From IMG/VR virus record IMGVR_UViG_3300028833_000071: a stretch of DNA of 64,000 nucleotides, one strand, 5' to 3'. This document shows, one piece after another, positions 1 to 10,707 of the stretch. The DNA comes from a virus. Lineage: Duplodnaviria > Caudoviricetes. Position numbers and translations under genes: made by a program. Within the stretch, counting starts at the first letter, position 1, and each line of letters starts with the position of its first letter. The notes under the pieces were generated by a model, which saw nothing but the letters and a program-made list of their open reading frames with translations, was not told the DNA's origin and did not search any database.

Positions 1-2
1 AA

Positions 3-350
3 ATTTACACATATACAACAGAAGAAGGAGAACTAAGGTCCATTAGATTTTTTGACAAGTCTCTTGTAACAGATGAAGAAATTGCCGATAAAGTAAAATC
101 TGCTAATGAAAAAGCAGGAAGAGAGGCTTATAAATTATTTGATGTTTCTGAAAACATGGAAGAAATTATTCTGTTCCTACTTGGGGAGAAACACTATAAA
201 AGATATGCTGATATTGATGACCTTGAAGAAACCATGGAAACCCTTGATAACAATATTTATGGTCTATCTTGTGATATCAGTGATATAGCCGACCAAATGG
301 AACGGATTAAAAGAACATTCAACGAAATTAAAGAAAATTTAAAATCATAA
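3..350 (+). CDS. hypothetical protein, 5'-truncated by window edge
   Basis: Frame open from nt 3 (IYTYTTEEGELRSIRFFDK...) continuous into the listed 156..350 ORF. Confidence 0.7.
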   Translation: MYTYTTEEGELRSIRFFDKSLVTDEEIADKVKSANEKAGREAYKLFDVSENMEEIILFLLGEKHYKRYADIDDLEETMETLDNNIYGLSCDISDIADQMERIKRTFNEIKENLKS

Positions 351-353
351 TTT

Positions 354-818
354 ATGGAAGCAATTATAAAACAAATGACTGTTTACAAATCTAATGACGG
401 TAAAGAATTCTTAAACAAAGAAGAATGTGAAAAATATGAAAAACTTTTAACCAACATTAAATATTTTGTCGTTAAAAGCAATCCTGACTTAACCGAAACT
501 GGTCTTATGCAATATAGTAGTGTGGTTGCTGTTTATTCAGGACATTATTGTCATGAGGCTATTGTTGAAAATTGGTGTGTCAAAGAAAAAGGTTTTTCAA
601 TTTTAATGCCATCTGTACAAGGTTATGATTTTCAAAGAGGATTTGAAATCTACGAAGATAAATTAAATCAATGGGGCCGTTTTAAAAAAGGGGAAAAAGT
701 AAACCCTAATTCAGGTTATACAATACCAATATATGATGAAAAGATATTTTTGTCGCCAATTGAGATAGAAGGTTTTCCTAAACCTTTTAATTATATGGAA
801 AAATGGGGCTTTAAATAA
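354..818 (+). CDS. hypothetical phage protein
   Basis: 154-aa ORF, N-terminal Y.S.DGKEF..KEEC..YE motif common in phage small proteins. Confidence 0.75.
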   Translation: MEAIIKQMTVYKSNDGKEFLNKEECEKYEKLLTNIKYFVVKSNPDLTETGLMQYSSVVAVYSGHYCHEAIVENWCVKEKGFSILMPSVQGYDFQRGFEIYEDKLNQWGRFKKGEKVNPNSGYTIPIYDEKIFLSPIEIEGFPKPFNYMEKWGFK

Positions 819-820
819 AC

Positions 821-838
821 TTTGGCACGGTTTTTGTA
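821..838 (+). promoter_or_regulatory. sigma54-like -24/-12 promoter
   Basis: TTTGGCACGGTTTTTGTA, GG-N10-GT, about 35 nt upstream of ATG 873; one of nine copies. Confidence 0.65.
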
Positions 839-872
839 TGGTATTAGGATGAACTTAAAATAATAAAATAAA

Positions 873-1349
873 ATGTTAGAAAAAAGTCGTAATTATTATC
901 TTAGTGCTTTTGCTTGTGCAATAGTAGGCATTGTTGCCGTTTTAATCGGGTGGTATTTTTGGTCCTTTGTTATCTTTTTCGGCGCTTTTTTATTGGCTTG
1001 TTGTGGTGGCGCAATAAAAGATATTGATAGAGAGCAAAAAGCGTTTAATGAATTTTTTGACATTTCTGTATTCAAACTTGGAATGTCAATAAGTGAAGTT
1101 GCACAATTAAATAAAAGGTATGGCCTTGTTGAAAGAAGTGATGAAAAAAACACGAATTCAGCTGAAATATGCCCATCATGTGGTGCTAATTTAATTAACG
1201 GCAAATGTGATTATTGTGGTTATGTACATACAAACACTACGAATATTACTCGTTTTATTTATGAATCCATTTATGGCTTGAGAATTTTTGAATTTAATGA
1301 ATATGGTAAACTAATTAATTTTAAAAGAATAGTTAAAAACAATAAATAA
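873..1349 (+). CDS. membrane protein with zinc ribbon
   Basis: Two N-terminal hydrophobic helices; CPSCG...CDYCG. Confidence 0.75.
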   Translation: MLEKSRNYYLSAFACAIVGIVAVLIGWYFWSFVIFFGAFLLACCGGAIKDIDREQKAFNEFFDISVFKLGMSISEVAQLNKRYGLVERSDEKNTNSAEICPSCGANLINGKCDYCGYVHTNTTNITRFIYESIYGLRIFEFNEYGKLINFKRIVKNNK

Positions 1350-1350
1350 A

Positions 1351-2574
1351 ATGACAATACAGGAACTTAATGACAATAAATTACTTGGCTACAAATATCT
1401 GCGAGGCAGTTGGAGTCATGGAATAGGTGTTGAAGGTAAATCAGATTATGATTATGGCGGTGTTTTTATTGCACCCATTGAAAATATAATCGGATTAAGG
1501 TCAAATTATATTGAACAGGTTTCAGATGAAAAAAATGATGAAACTTATTATGAATTTGGTAGATGGATTGAATTGTTATTGAAATCAAATCCAACGGCAC
1601 TTGAAAGTCTTTTTATTGATAAGAAGTTTATTATCGGCGATGTGCACCCTGCAATACAGCATATTATTGATAATAAAGAAATGTTTTTGTCTAAAGAATG
1701 CTTTAACCCATTACTAGGGTATTCGATTGCTCAAATACGCAAAGCTACGGGATATAATAAAAAGTGCCATATACCTGAAAATTTCCAAAGAAAAGGTGTA
1801 CTTGATTTTTGTTATACTTTTAAACATCAAGGTTCTCAACCTTTTAAAGATTGGCTTAAAGAAAATGGGCTTGACCAAAAATATTGTGGCCTTGTTAATG
1901 TACCTAACATGAAAGATGTGTATGGTGTCTATTATGATTTTGCCGCTTATTTTCATTTCGAAAATATAGAATGGGAAAAAGATTTTTGGCAAAGACGAAA
2001 TGATAGAACTTCAAAATATGCTAAATATTTCCTCACTATTGAGCAAATGCAAACAATAAAAGAAAGAATAAAGAATAAAGAATTTTTTGGTTATCCCGGT
2101 GTTGTTAACAGCAATAATGATACAGATTCAAATGATGTGAGACTTTGTTCAATACCCAAGGGGGAGACACCTATTTGTTATATGATGTTCAATAAAGACG
2201 GATATAGTGTTCATTGTCGTGAATATAAGGAATGGCGTGAATGGAAAGAAAAACGAAACCAAACTCGTTATTCTGACAATAAAGGTTATAACTTTGACGC
2301 TAAAAATATGTGTGAGACAATAAGATTAATACATACGGGAATTGAATTGGCTCGTGATGGAGAATTTAATGTTGAAAGAACATGGGATAGAAATTTCCTA
2401 TTAAGTGTCAAAAATCATGAGGTTAGTTATGACGAAATAACAAAATATGTAAATACCAAAAAAGAAGAATTTGATAAATTAGTATTGACTTCAACACTCC
2501 CTGATAAGCTTGATTATAACAAAATCAATCAAATTCTTATTGATTCAAGAAAAATGATTTATAATTTAAAATAA
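1351..2574 (+). CDS. Pol-beta superfamily nucleotidyltransferase (RlaP/YcgL-like)
   Basis: RGSWSHG...SDYDYGGVF motif, LLLKSNPTALE, C-terminal FDAKNMCETIRL. Confidence 0.85.
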   Translation: MTIQELNDNKLLGYKYLRGSWSHGIGVEGKSDYDYGGVFIAPIENIIGLRSNYIEQVSDEKNDETYYEFGRWIELLLKSNPTALESLFIDKKFIIGDVHPAIQHIIDNKEMFLSKECFNPLLGYSIAQIRKATGYNKKCHIPENFQRKGVLDFCYTFKHQGSQPFKDWLKENGLDQKYCGLVNVPNMKDVYGVYYDFAAYFHFENIEWEKDFWQRRNDRTSKYAKYFLTIEQMQTIKERIKNKEFFGYPGVVNSNNDTDSNDVRLCSIPKGETPICYMMFNKDGYSVHCREYKEWREWKEKRNQTRYSDNKGYNFDAKNMCETIRLIHTGIELARDGEFNVERTWDRNFLLSVKNHEVSYDEITKYVNTKKEEFDKLVLTSTLPDKLDYNKINQILIDSRKMIYNLK

Positions 2575-2608
2575 TTTTTGTATATTTTTAACAAAGAAAA
2601 TTTAAAAC

Positions 2609-3415
2609 ATGGAAAATATTGAACAAATTATTCCTGAAATTGAAGAGAAAAACACAGAAAATACTCTTAATAATGCCAACATAATCAAGAATTTTTCTTA
2701 TGACCAAACAGAAATTCTTCATAATATTGGATTGTTATATAATAACGGCTCGGACCAATTTGATTGTGATATAACTGCAAGTACGCTTGGTTTTTATAAT
2801 GGCAAACGCAATTGTATGTACAATATCCCTGAGCCTAAAATATTAATGGATGTATGCCCCACAAGAGAAGATATAATTAAAATTGAAAAATGGGGTGATT
2901 TGCCGTTGGAAGATGAGTCAATTAATTCAATTGTAATTGACTTGCCATTTGTTATTTCTCCACAAAATGCCCCATCAGCCGTATCAAATAAAGAGGGAGC
3001 AAGCCTCATATATAAAAGATTTTCAGCATATTACCCAGTTGATAACTTGTATTTATCATACTATCATTGGCTTGCTTCCGCATACAGAGTATTAAAAGAA
3101 AATGGTGTTTGTATCTTTAAATGCCAATCAATGATTTCAGGCGGCATTAGGCATAATGTTGAAGAGTTTAGTTTTATGGCGGCACAAAGACTTGGTTTTA
3201 AAATGGTTGATAAATTTACATTGCTTGCAAAGGCAAGGCTTATTTCCTCAGGTAGATATAAGTCAGGCCAAGTACATTCAAGAAGTTATACATCCATGTT
3301 CTTGGTATTTGTTAAATCTTCAAAACAAAAATCAAAAGATTTTAATTATGAAGAATTGCTTGACAGATGTGAGAGAGAGGAACAAGAACATTATATCAAT
3401 GTGGTGGAAAAATAA
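2609..3415 (+). CDS. putative DNA (adenine/N4-cytosine) methyltransferase
   Basis: CDITAS.LGFY SAM-binding-like motif, DLPLEDESINSIVIDLPF (DPPF-like), YRVLKENGVCIFKCQ. Confidence 0.7.
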   Translation: MENIEQIIPEIEEKNTENTLNNANIIKNFSYDQTEILHNIGLLYNNGSDQFDCDITASTLGFYNGKRNCMYNIPEPKILMDVCPTREDIIKIEKWGDLPLEDESINSIVIDLPFVISPQNAPSAVSNKEGASLIYKRFSAYYPVDNLYLSYYHWLASAYRVLKENGVCIFKCQSMISGGIRHNVEEFSFMAAQRLGFKMVDKFTLLAKARLISSGRYKSGQVHSRSYTSMFLVFVKSSKQKSKDFNYEELLDRCEREEQEHYINVVEK

Positions 3416-3441
3416 AAGGTGGCAAATAAGCCACCTTTTTT
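3414..3441. terminator. bidirectional intrinsic terminator
   Basis: AAAAGGTGGC-aaataa-GCCACCTTTTTT between convergent genes. Confidence 0.75.
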
Positions 3442-3487
3442 AATTAATCAAGTAAGAAGCCCCTCACTTTAGGGAGGGGTAGTCCAC
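3440..3487 (+). mobile_element. IS200/IS605-derived mini-element (PATE-like, ~48 bp)
   Basis: TTAATTAATCAAGTAAGAAGCCCCT matches the left end at 53545-53610 (reverse) and is fused to a right-end hairpin CCCTCACTTTAGGGAGGGGTAGTCCAC; second copy at 7209. Confidence 0.6.
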
Positions 3488-3490
3488 TTG

Positions 3491-6103
3491 TTAAGGTACT
3501 AAATCTGCTGGTGTCCATTTCTTTATTATACCATTTCTATCTTTGCCAACATGTGTCTCGTATTCTTGGTTGGTGTTAGTAATTAATATATTGGTATAAT
3601 TATTGTAATCACCTTTAACACTTTCTTCGATTATACAATTCTTAATGACATTATTTGAAGAGGTAACTTGTGATGATGTTAACTTTACACATTCAACGCC
3701 ATTTTTAAATTCACAATAATGTACATGGCCTATAAGATGTTCTGTATCGGAACCGAATATAATGTTTTTGGAATTAATGCCAAATATATTAGAACAACAA
3801 TCTTCACCTAAATTTATATCAGATGCATTAGTATTAAATATATTATAATTACAATCATTTTTTAAATTAATACCGTTAGAACCAATTTTTAATGTATTAC
3901 TATAACAATTGTAGCCAAAAGTATTAAAATGGCAATTATTTTCTAAAATATTAGAAAAACAATATCCATCAAATGTATTATTAATACAATCACAACCTAA
4001 GCAATTACTGGTAAAAACATCCTGTGTATTATTATCATGACAATAATCTCTAAATTTATTAGACGCACAATAAGCACCAAATACATTCGTATTACAATTA
4101 TTGACAAATTCATTAGAATAAAATTCAATATTTGCAACAATATTATAACAATTAATACCAAATATATTTGAAATACATCCAGGTAAAAATGTCATTGAGT
4201 GGCAATTAGAATTAAACATATTGGAATAACAATAATGTGTAATACCTTCATTTTCATCATATGACAAAACGATGTTGTTAAGTATTTGTTCACGATAATA
4301 ACTACCTACCTGATTATTTTTTCTTAATGGCAATATTATATTATCATAACAATATTTAGTAAATTGTCCGTTTGAATTATTATCAATATTATTTAATGAG
4401 CCATCTATTATATCTGTTTTTTTAATATATGTAAATGTATAATAATAAGCAGAAGCACCATTATAATGATAAACCTCACCACCCAGACCCTCATGCGGAA
4501 AATGCGCATTATCAATATCCGGATTTAAGAAACCCGCATATGTATCTTTTAAACTCATTACACCTGTGGTTCCACTAATTACATTATCTATATAATAACG
4601 TTTAAACATTATATTTTTAAAATCATAAGGGGCTTTGTTACCAAATTCATCCTCCATTTCATATATAACACCTTTACCGTTAACTTCATCGGCCCATTTA
4701 AACCTATTGATGTTATTATCTAAGCAATATTTTAATTTCCATACATTAAGATTATTATAACCAAAATAAGGAGGTTTATTTTTACTTTCACTATCTTCAT
4801 GCATAATAGCACCTGCATTTTCAGATAATGTTTTCTCGTCAATTGCAAAAACAATCACATCAAAATCGTGCCCTGCTGATTGTGTATCAGTTTGTGTCGT
4901 AGTACATGTATAGTCTGTAATACGATAAAAATGGCCTGGGTTAAGATGTTCAGCATCTCGTAAATCTTTTAACTCTGAATAGGTTAATGGTATCATGGCC
5001 GAAGGTAAATCAATAATAATATTACCAGCTGTCGGTTTTAAAACAGTGCCACGATTTACATCATTAACAATCACATCACCTGTTGGTATGTTTATATTGT
5101 TTTGTGATGGGGAATAAAAAGGTGTAGAAAGGTTAATTGCTGTTGGACCACCCACAGTCAAAAAACTTGTTTCACCATCAAATGAACCTGTAGGGCCTTG
5201 TGGTCCTGTAGGCCCGACATTTCCATCTAATCCGTCTCGGCCATCTTTTCCTGTAGGACCTTGAGGACCTTGTTCACCTTGAGCACCGGTAGGACCTTGT
5301 GCACCTGTTTCGCCTGTTGGACCTTTAGGGCCCTGTATAGGACCGACATTTGTCCATAGATTATTGTTAAAAACATATAAATCACCATTTATAAGATAAC
5401 CATCACCTGGATGTGGGTCTACAATATCCTCCAAATCACTTTCATCTTCTAATGTTCCTTGTATTACAACACTTGTTCCATCATTGCCCTGTGGACCTGT
5501 GGGACCTTGTGGACCGACTGAACCTGTGGGACCTTGTGGACCTGTTAAACCCATACCTTGTGGACCTGTGGGACCTATTGGGCCATTTAAACCTGTTGGA
5601 CCGACGGCACCTGTAGGACCTTCAGGACCGATTTCACCTGTGGGGCCGATTTCGCCTGTTTTACCTGTAGGACCTTGTGGGCCAATTAAACCTGTAGGAC
5701 CGATGGCACCTGTAGGACCCATAGGGCCATCTTCTCCTTGTGCACCATCATCACCTTTTAACCCTTTAGGACCTGTAGGACCTATTGGACCAATTAAACC
5801 TGTAGGGCCAATTTCACCTGTTGGGCCTTGTGCACCTGTAGGACCTTGAGGGCCTTGTTCACCTTGAGCACCTGTAGGACCGACCATACTTGAACCATCG
5901 GCACCATCTTTACCCTTTGGACCTGTTGGACCTGTTGGACCCACCTCACCTTTAGGACCTGATTTACCCATACATCCCTTTGGACCTTGTAAACCTTGCT
6001 CTCCTTGTGGACCTGTAGGACCAGTAGAACCATTTTTACCTGGAGCACCTTGGCATCCTCTTGGACCTGTTGGACCTATCATATAAATTACTTCGTTTTC
6101 CAT
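3491..6103 (-). CDS. collagen-like tail fibre protein with C-terminal Asn/Cys-rich beta-helix
   Basis: About 300 aa of G-P-T/G-P-Q triplets; [24 protein letters not shown] module; SNxFG repeats. Confidence 0.85.
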   Translation of the reverse strand: MENEVIYMIGPTGPRGCQGAPGKNGSTGPTGPQGEQGLQGPKGCMGKSGPKGEVGPTGPTGPKGKDGADGSSMVGPTGAQGEQGPQGPTGAQGPTGEIGPTGLIGPIGPTGPKGLKGDDGAQGEDGPMGPTGAIGPTGLIGPQGPTGKTGEIGPTGEIGPEGPTGAVGPTGLNGPIGPTGPQGMGLTGPQGPTGSVGPQGPTGPQGNDGTSVVIQGTLEDESDLEDIVDPHPGDGYLINGDLYVFNNNLWTNVGPIQGPKGPTGETGAQGPTGAQGEQGPQGPTGKDGRDGLDGNVGPTGPQGPTGSFDGETSFLTVGGPTAINLSTPFYSPSQNNINIPTGDVIVNDVNRGTVLKPTAGNIIIDLPSAMIPLTYSELKDLRDAEHLNPGHFYRITDYTCTTTQTDTQSAGHDFDVIVFAIDEKTLSENAGAIMHEDSESKNKPPYFGYNNLNVWKLKYCLDNNINRFKWADEVNGKGVIYEMEDEFGNKAPYDFKNIMFKRYYIDNVISGTTGVMSLKDTYAGFLNPDIDNAHFPHEGLGGEVYHYNGASAYYYTFTYIKKTDIIDGSLNNIDNNSNGQFTKYCYDNIILPLRKNNQVGSYYREQILNNIVLSYDENEGITHYCYSNMFNSNCHSMTFLPGCISNIFGINCYNIVANIEFYSNEFVNNCNTNVFGAYCASNKFRDYCHDNNTQDVFTSNCLGCDCINNTFDGYCFSNILENNCHFNTFGYNCYSNTLKIGSNGINLKNDCNYNIFNTNASDINLGEDCCSNIFGINSKNIIFGSDTEHLIGHVHYCEFKNGVECVKLTSSQVTSSNNVIKNCIIEESVKGDYNNYTNILITNTNQEYETHVGKDRNGIIKKWTPADLVP

Positions 6104-6125
6104 GTTCTAAAATTTTCAATAACAA

Positions 6126-6422
6126 TTATAATGCAATGCCTATAATACACCCAAATATTATACCAATTGCAGCACAAATCAAATCATGATATTCTTTTGT
6201 ATGACTGCTTTTTTTATCATAATAGCATTTTGCCAATGCAAATAAAAGTGAGATACAAACCGATAAAACTGTTGGTGCAAAAACCATGAAAACAATTGTA
6301 ATTAATGCAAAACTTTCCATGTTTAACAAACCGTCAAAACCAATCCATTTTTTGCCCGCTTCATCTAATTTATTAATTAGATTATTAACATAATTGAATA
6401 CTTTTTTAAAAAATTCTTTCAT
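6126..6422 (-). CDS. small membrane protein (possible holin-like); start probably 6422
   Basis: Three hydrophobic segments; late motif overlaps the listed 6443 start, so the next ATG is preferred. Confidence 0.6.
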   Translation of the reverse strand: MKEFFKKVFNYVNNLINKLDEAGKKWIGFDGLLNMESFALITIVFMVFAPTVLSVCISLLFALAKCYYDKKSSHTKEYHDLICAAIGIIFGCIIGIAL

Positions 6423-6461
6423 AATATTTATACCTTTATTCATAAATAGAAACTTATTTGC

Positions 6462-7115
6462 TTAAAATTTGTATAACAATGATACGCCATAGAAATTGTT
6501 TTTGGTTTTAAATGATTTGGCATATTGTAAATTAAGGCCATATCGTTCCTTAATGAAAAATCCAATATTGGCTGTCGGCATTATATTTTTATAGTCTTTA
6601 AAATCATTGTCAATTAAAATTCCTGCACCAATATATGGGCTAAACATCTTTGTTTTATAATTTGTTATTGTCACGGTCTTTTGTATAGGTGTAAATTGAT
6701 ACGATAATAATGACATTCTATTATATTGTACCGTAGCGTCAACAATACAGGTTCCTGTTGTGTCATTATTAAATAAGGTGTCACTATACATCCGTTTTGT
6801 AGCCCAATCCATCATTATTGCAGTTGTATCCTCTTTTGTTATCTCAATGTATTCGGTTATGATTTTTTCAGGAAATAATTCGCTATATATACTGTCCTTG
6901 ACACATTGTTTTATTATACTGAGGGTATCAGCTGGCTTTTCTATATAATAAGGCAGAGGATAAGGAATGGAGTCTCTTATTGTTTCTCCTTTAATGTATT
7001 TAACTATAACTTTTGGCTCAGTATTAATCGTGCTTCTACCAATAAAAAAGCCTGCAACGCCAAATATTAGCGCAATTATTATACTTATTACGATTATAAA
7101 CTGTTTATTATCCAT
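6462..7115 (-). CDS. N-terminally anchored protein, spanin/lysis-accessory-like
   Basis: N-terminal TM helix, Bacteroidota-type TIRDSIPYP / DT repeats, C-terminal beta-strands ending YKF; late motif at 7133-7141. Confidence 0.6.
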   Translation of the reverse strand: MDNKQFIIVISIIIALIFGVAGFFIGRSTINTEPKVIVKYIKGETIRDSIPYPLPYYIEKPADTLSIIKQCVKDSIYSELFPEKIITEYIEITKEDTTAIMMDWATKRMYSDTLFNNDTTGTCIVDATVQYNRMSLLSYQFTPIQKTVTITNYKTKMFSPYIGAGILIDNDFKDYKNIMPTANIGFFIKERYGLNLQYAKSFKTKNNFYGVSLLYKF

Positions 7116-7208
7116 AATTTTATTTATTTATAATAAATAGTTTTTTGTTAAAAACAAAAAAGCACGCCTTTTCAGATGTGCCTTACCTAACATTAGCTGA
7201 ATTTTTAT

Positions 7209-7247
7209 TTAATTAATCACTCCTCACTTTAGGGAGGGGTAGTTCAC
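7209..7247 (+). mobile_element. IS200/IS605-derived mini-element (PATE-like)
   Basis: TTAATTAATCACTCCTCACTTTAGGGAGGGGTAGTTCAC, near-identical to 3440-3487. Confidence 0.55.
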
Positions 7248-8396
7248 TTAATTGTTGTATGCAATTTTACTAATTTTAATCCATTGTGAATCTTTATATT
7301 CTTCAAGTGTTCTTGAATTGGTATAACTCATGGCAGATTTAAGATAATCAGTTTCATTTTCAACCCATCCTTTAAGGTCATATTCCACTTTTTGATATTT
7401 AATAAGGCCTTCGGATGTTTTTAATTTTGAATTGGAATTATTACCTTGATTAATCAATGATTGAGCTATTTTGGTACTTTGACCAAAAAATTGTTTCCAA
7501 ACGGTCAATTTTCCTTGTTTTATTAATTTAAATACCTCTTTAAATTTATTTTGTGGTATTTCTTTACCATAGTAAAATAAAGTTGTCAAAGGCCTCAAAA
7601 TCTTATTGCCACGAATATTCCAATAAAAACTACCATATGTGGTTTTACCGTTACTTTCAATGGTTTTATTGAACATACTTCCTATCATAACATAATCGGC
7701 ATAAATCAATGCTTTTTGGATATCCCTATATCCATGTATACCGCCGTCAGCGATTATTTTACACTTACCGCCAATTTCTTTTTTAGTTTTATAAATCTCT
7801 GATAGCAAAGAAAATACACCATAATGTAGTCCAAGATTACTCGAAGTTAAACAGGCATTTCCTGAACCTATACTGCATCTGAGAAAGTCTAAACCCGCTT
7901 CTTCATAATCTCGATAAGTTTCAGGATTGGCAATATTACCAGTCATAATTAAAATTTTATCACCATAGGCTTTTTTAATTTCCTTAACCAAATCAACAAG
8001 ACATTTCATATGGCCATTAGCCAAATCAATGCAAATTCTTAATGATTTGATTATACTTTCAGTATTTAATATTTCGTCAAAAACGCCATCATTAAAAAGT
8101 GCTTTTGTTTCATTTAATGAAAATGCAATAAAATTATATTTTCCAACAGTCTTTGCCTCGTCAATCATAAATTCCAAACGTTCTTCCAATGAATAGTTTC
8201 TTGGAATAACTGTATAAATTTTATTTTCGTTAAAACATTTTGCGTTTTCCATGGAAACAACCGAGGTCATGCAGCTTGCAAATATCGGCAAATATCCATT
8301 CTCATCATAAGGATTACATTCACTTCGAGATTCAATTGTTGTAATTCTTTCAGGGATAATTGTTACATCATCATAACCAAGTTTAAAATCTTCCAT
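7248..8396 (-). CDS. guaC: GMP reductase / IMPDH family protein
   Basis: LGYDDVTIIP, SRSECNP, IDLANGH, GSGNACLT catalytic Cys, IIADGGI, VMIGSMF, SAMSYT. Confidence 0.85.
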   Translation of the reverse strand: MEDFKLGYDDVTIIPERITTIESRSECNPYDENGYLPIFASCMTSVVSMENAKCFNENKIYTVIPRNYSLEERLEFMIDEAKTVGKYNFIAFSLNETKALFNDGVFDEILNTESIIKSLRICIDLANGHMKCLVDLVKEIKKAYGDKILIMTGNIANPETYRDYEEAGLDFLRCSIGSGNACLTSSNLGLHYGVFSLLSEIYKTKKEIGGKCKIIADGGIHGYRDIQKALIYADYVMIGSMFNKTIESNGKTTYGSFYWNIRGNKILRPLTTLFYYGKEIPQNKFKEVFKLIKQGKLTVWKQFFGQSTKIAQSLINQGNNSNSKLKTSEGLIKYQKVEYDLKGWVENETDYLKSAMSYTNSRTLEEYKDSQWIKISKIAYNN

Positions 8397-8405
8397 TTCT
8401 AATTT

Positions 8406-8903
8406 TTAATTTATTTCAACATATTCAATTTTATCAGTTGCTTTGCTATAGCCATATACAGAATAAAAAGTTTCCTCAGTATAATCACAATAATCAACTT
8501 CAACACCCTCTTGTATCCAACATTTATCAACTGCCTCTTTCCACAATTTATACATCTTCTTTACATCACGAATTTTCATATCATCTTCTTCATAAGGTGG
8601 AATATAATGAGTGCTTTTAAGCAATTCTTCGCTTATAAATTCTGTGAGATTGTCAAAACTTTTTGATTTTTTCAAATTGCTGTAATCATTATATTCATAC
8701 ACAAGTGGAATAAAATTACACTTTGGGCATAATTTAAAGATTTCATCAACAAATGGTTTAATGCATATAATACTATTTTCACTTGTTGAACACTCTTTAA
8801 TAATATCCTCCGTTAGAGATTTCATAACGCTTTCAACATTTTTTTTGGAAGTGTCTGTCCCGATAAAATCAATTAAATTCTTAATTATTTCTTCTCTATT
8901 CAT
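8406..8903 (-). CDS. hypothetical protein
   Basis: 165-aa ORF in minus-strand operon. Confidence 0.7.
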   Translation of the reverse strand: MNREEIIKNLIDFIGTDTSKKNVESVMKSLTEDIIKECSTSENSIICIKPFVDEIFKLCPKCNFIPLVYEYNDYSNLKKSKSFDNLTEFISEELLKSTHYIPPYEEDDMKIRDVKKMYKLWKEAVDKCWIQEGVEVDYCDYTEETFYSVYGYSKATDKIEYVEIN

Positions 8904-8924
8904 TTTATTTAAAAATTTTAATTA

Positions 8925-9425
8925 TTATTTTCTATTTAAAATTTCAATCGCAAATTTCACGTCAATATCATCAATACCATGCATTGAATTAACATGGACA
9001 AAGTTTAATTTTTGTTCCTCTGTGAAGTCTGTTCTATCATCAATTATTACAAATCTTTCACATTCAGGGTGTTGTGATAACCAATCATCAATTTCAGAGC
9101 CTCTTGAAGTAAATCCTGAAAGTTCATCACAACAAGACATAATCCACATATGTTCAGGCGTTTTATCAATGATAAGGCCTTTATTAATACCACCTTTTTC
9201 AATCCTGTCAATACGATGTGGCCAATTTATTCTCCAATCACTTGAAAGAACTATTTTGGCCCCTGTTTCTTGGCATATCTTATTAATTCTTTCGGCACAT
9301 AATGGGTCAATATCACCTTCTTGGCCATTAAGATTACCTGGATTTCTGTCTGACATAAACCAATCCTCACTATTGATAACCCCATCAATATCAAGAAAGA
9401 TAATCTTAATTTTATTTGTTTCCAT
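8925..9425 (-). CDS. HAD-family phosphatase (RNA-repair-associated HAD type)
   Basis: IIFLDIDGVIN, IVLSSDWR, RGSEIDDWL, FVIIDD. Confidence 0.85.
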   Translation of the reverse strand: METNKIKIIFLDIDGVINSEDWFMSDRNPGNLNGQEGDIDPLCAERINKICQETGAKIVLSSDWRINWPHRIDRIEKGGINKGLIIDKTPEHMWIMSCCDELSGFTSRGSEIDDWLSQHPECERFVIIDDRTDFTEEQKLNFVHVNSMHGIDDIDVKFAIEILNRK

Positions 9426-9439
9426 AATTAAAATTATAA

Positions 9440-10522
9440 TTATTTATTAAAATTTCTCAATAAATCTTTTTGTTCATCAGTTAAACTTTTTGGTAATTCA
9501 TAATTGATTACTACAGCGTAATCACCGATATTACCTCTGCCTGTTACATCAGGCATACCTTTACCTTTAAATATAAAGGCTTCACCTGGTTTGGTTAATT
9601 CATGGGCATTTAATGTAATATTAGTTCCATCAACACATTTTATCTCTTTTGTAAAGCCAAGTAATGCTTCGGTAAATGGAACACTTTCATAGTGTATGAC
9701 ATTAAATGGGTCGGGGCGTTCAAAATATCCATCGCCAACAACATTAACATGGATAATTAAGTCACCGTTAATTCCGCCACCTTCACAGGCATTTCCTTTA
9801 CCATCAATTCTAAATGCCATACCATCGACTATGCCTCTTGGTATTTTGATTTCTTCATTTATATATTCACTAATTAATCCCGTGCCACCGCATTCTTTAC
9901 AGGGTGCGACTGAATTATCTTTGCCACTACCATGGCATTTTCTACAAGGGTGTGTAGTGGTGAAAATCTGGTTAGGGCCAAATTGTTTTCTTTCAGTTTC
10001 CATGCCTGTTCCATGACAAACACTACATTTATGGTCTTTACCATCTTCGCTACCATGTCCATTACAATGTGGGCACTTTTTCTCTTTTTGGACCTGTATG
10101 GTCTTTTTGCCGCCCTTATATGCTTCTTCAATAGTTAAAGTAACTTCAGCGTGTGCATCACTTCCTTTTCTTACCTGTTGTTGTCTTCCCCTAAACATAC
10201 TTTTAAATGGATTTCCACCGCCCATACCATTCATTCGCATAAAAATATCCATTGGGTCAAAACCACCGAAATTAAAATCCATACCACCATTATCATATTG
10301 TGCTCTCTTTTGTGGGTCTGACAATACTTCATAAGCCTCTGCTACATCTTTAAATTGGTCCTCAGCCTTTTTTTGTTCACTTTCAGGTTCGTTTACCCAT
10401 CTATCTGGATGTAATTTCAAAGCAAGTGCATGATATTTTTTCTTGCACACGGCATTGAACTTTTCTTCATCAAGTTTCTTTTCCTCTTCGGTTATTCCGA
10501 GTATATTATAATAATCTTTCAT
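9440..10522 (-). CDS. dnaJ: chaperone DnaJ
   Basis: J domain with HPD, G/F region, four CxxCxGxG repeats, C-terminal domain. Confidence 0.95.
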   Translation of the reverse strand: MKDYYNILGITEEEKKLDEEKFNAVCKKKYHALALKLHPDRWVNEPESEQKKAEDQFKDVAEAYEVLSDPQKRAQYDNGGMDFNFGGFDPMDIFMRMNGMGGGNPFKSMFRGRQQQVRKGSDAHAEVTLTIEEAYKGGKKTIQVQKEKKCPHCNGHGSEDGKDHKCSVCHGTGMETERKQFGPNQIFTTTHPCRKCHGSGKDNSVAPCKECGGTGLISEYINEEIKIPRGIVDGMAFRIDGKGNACEGGGINGDLIIHVNVVGDGYFERPDPFNVIHYESVPFTEALLGFTKEIKCVDGTNITLNAHELTKPGEAFIFKGKGMPDVTGRGNIGDYAVVINYELPKSLTDEQKDLLRNFNK

Positions 10523-10675
10523 GTTTTATTTTAAACCACATTTCTTGTTGAAGATACAAAAAAATTATAAAAAAAACAAAAAAAAGGACAATTATATACC
10601 AGTTAACACAAATACACAATTAGTCCTTAAATGTAAAAGTAATTTTTAAAATTGGAATTTGTTTTCAAGTCTCTA

Positions 10676-10684
10676 ACTATTTAT
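10676..10684 (+). promoter_or_regulatory. putative phage late promoter motif ACTATTTAT
   Basis: Recurs shortly upstream of structural/lysis genes at about 12 sites in the window. Confidence 0.6.
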
Positions 10685-10707
10685 TAGAGAGCAAATAAAA
10701 AAGTATA

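Noticed and set aside
5180-6080. Highly repetitive GGACC-rich DNA as a CRISPR array or satellite, and + strand ORFs 5413 and 5484
   Set aside because: 9-nt periodicity is explained by collagen G-X-Y codons; there is no repeat-spacer structure and the ORFs are antisense shadows
8761-9450. 229-aa + strand ORF and other antisense ORFs (for example 28439, 36213, 58555, 62094)
   Set aside because: They lie opposite well-supported genes and have no motifs or expression signals
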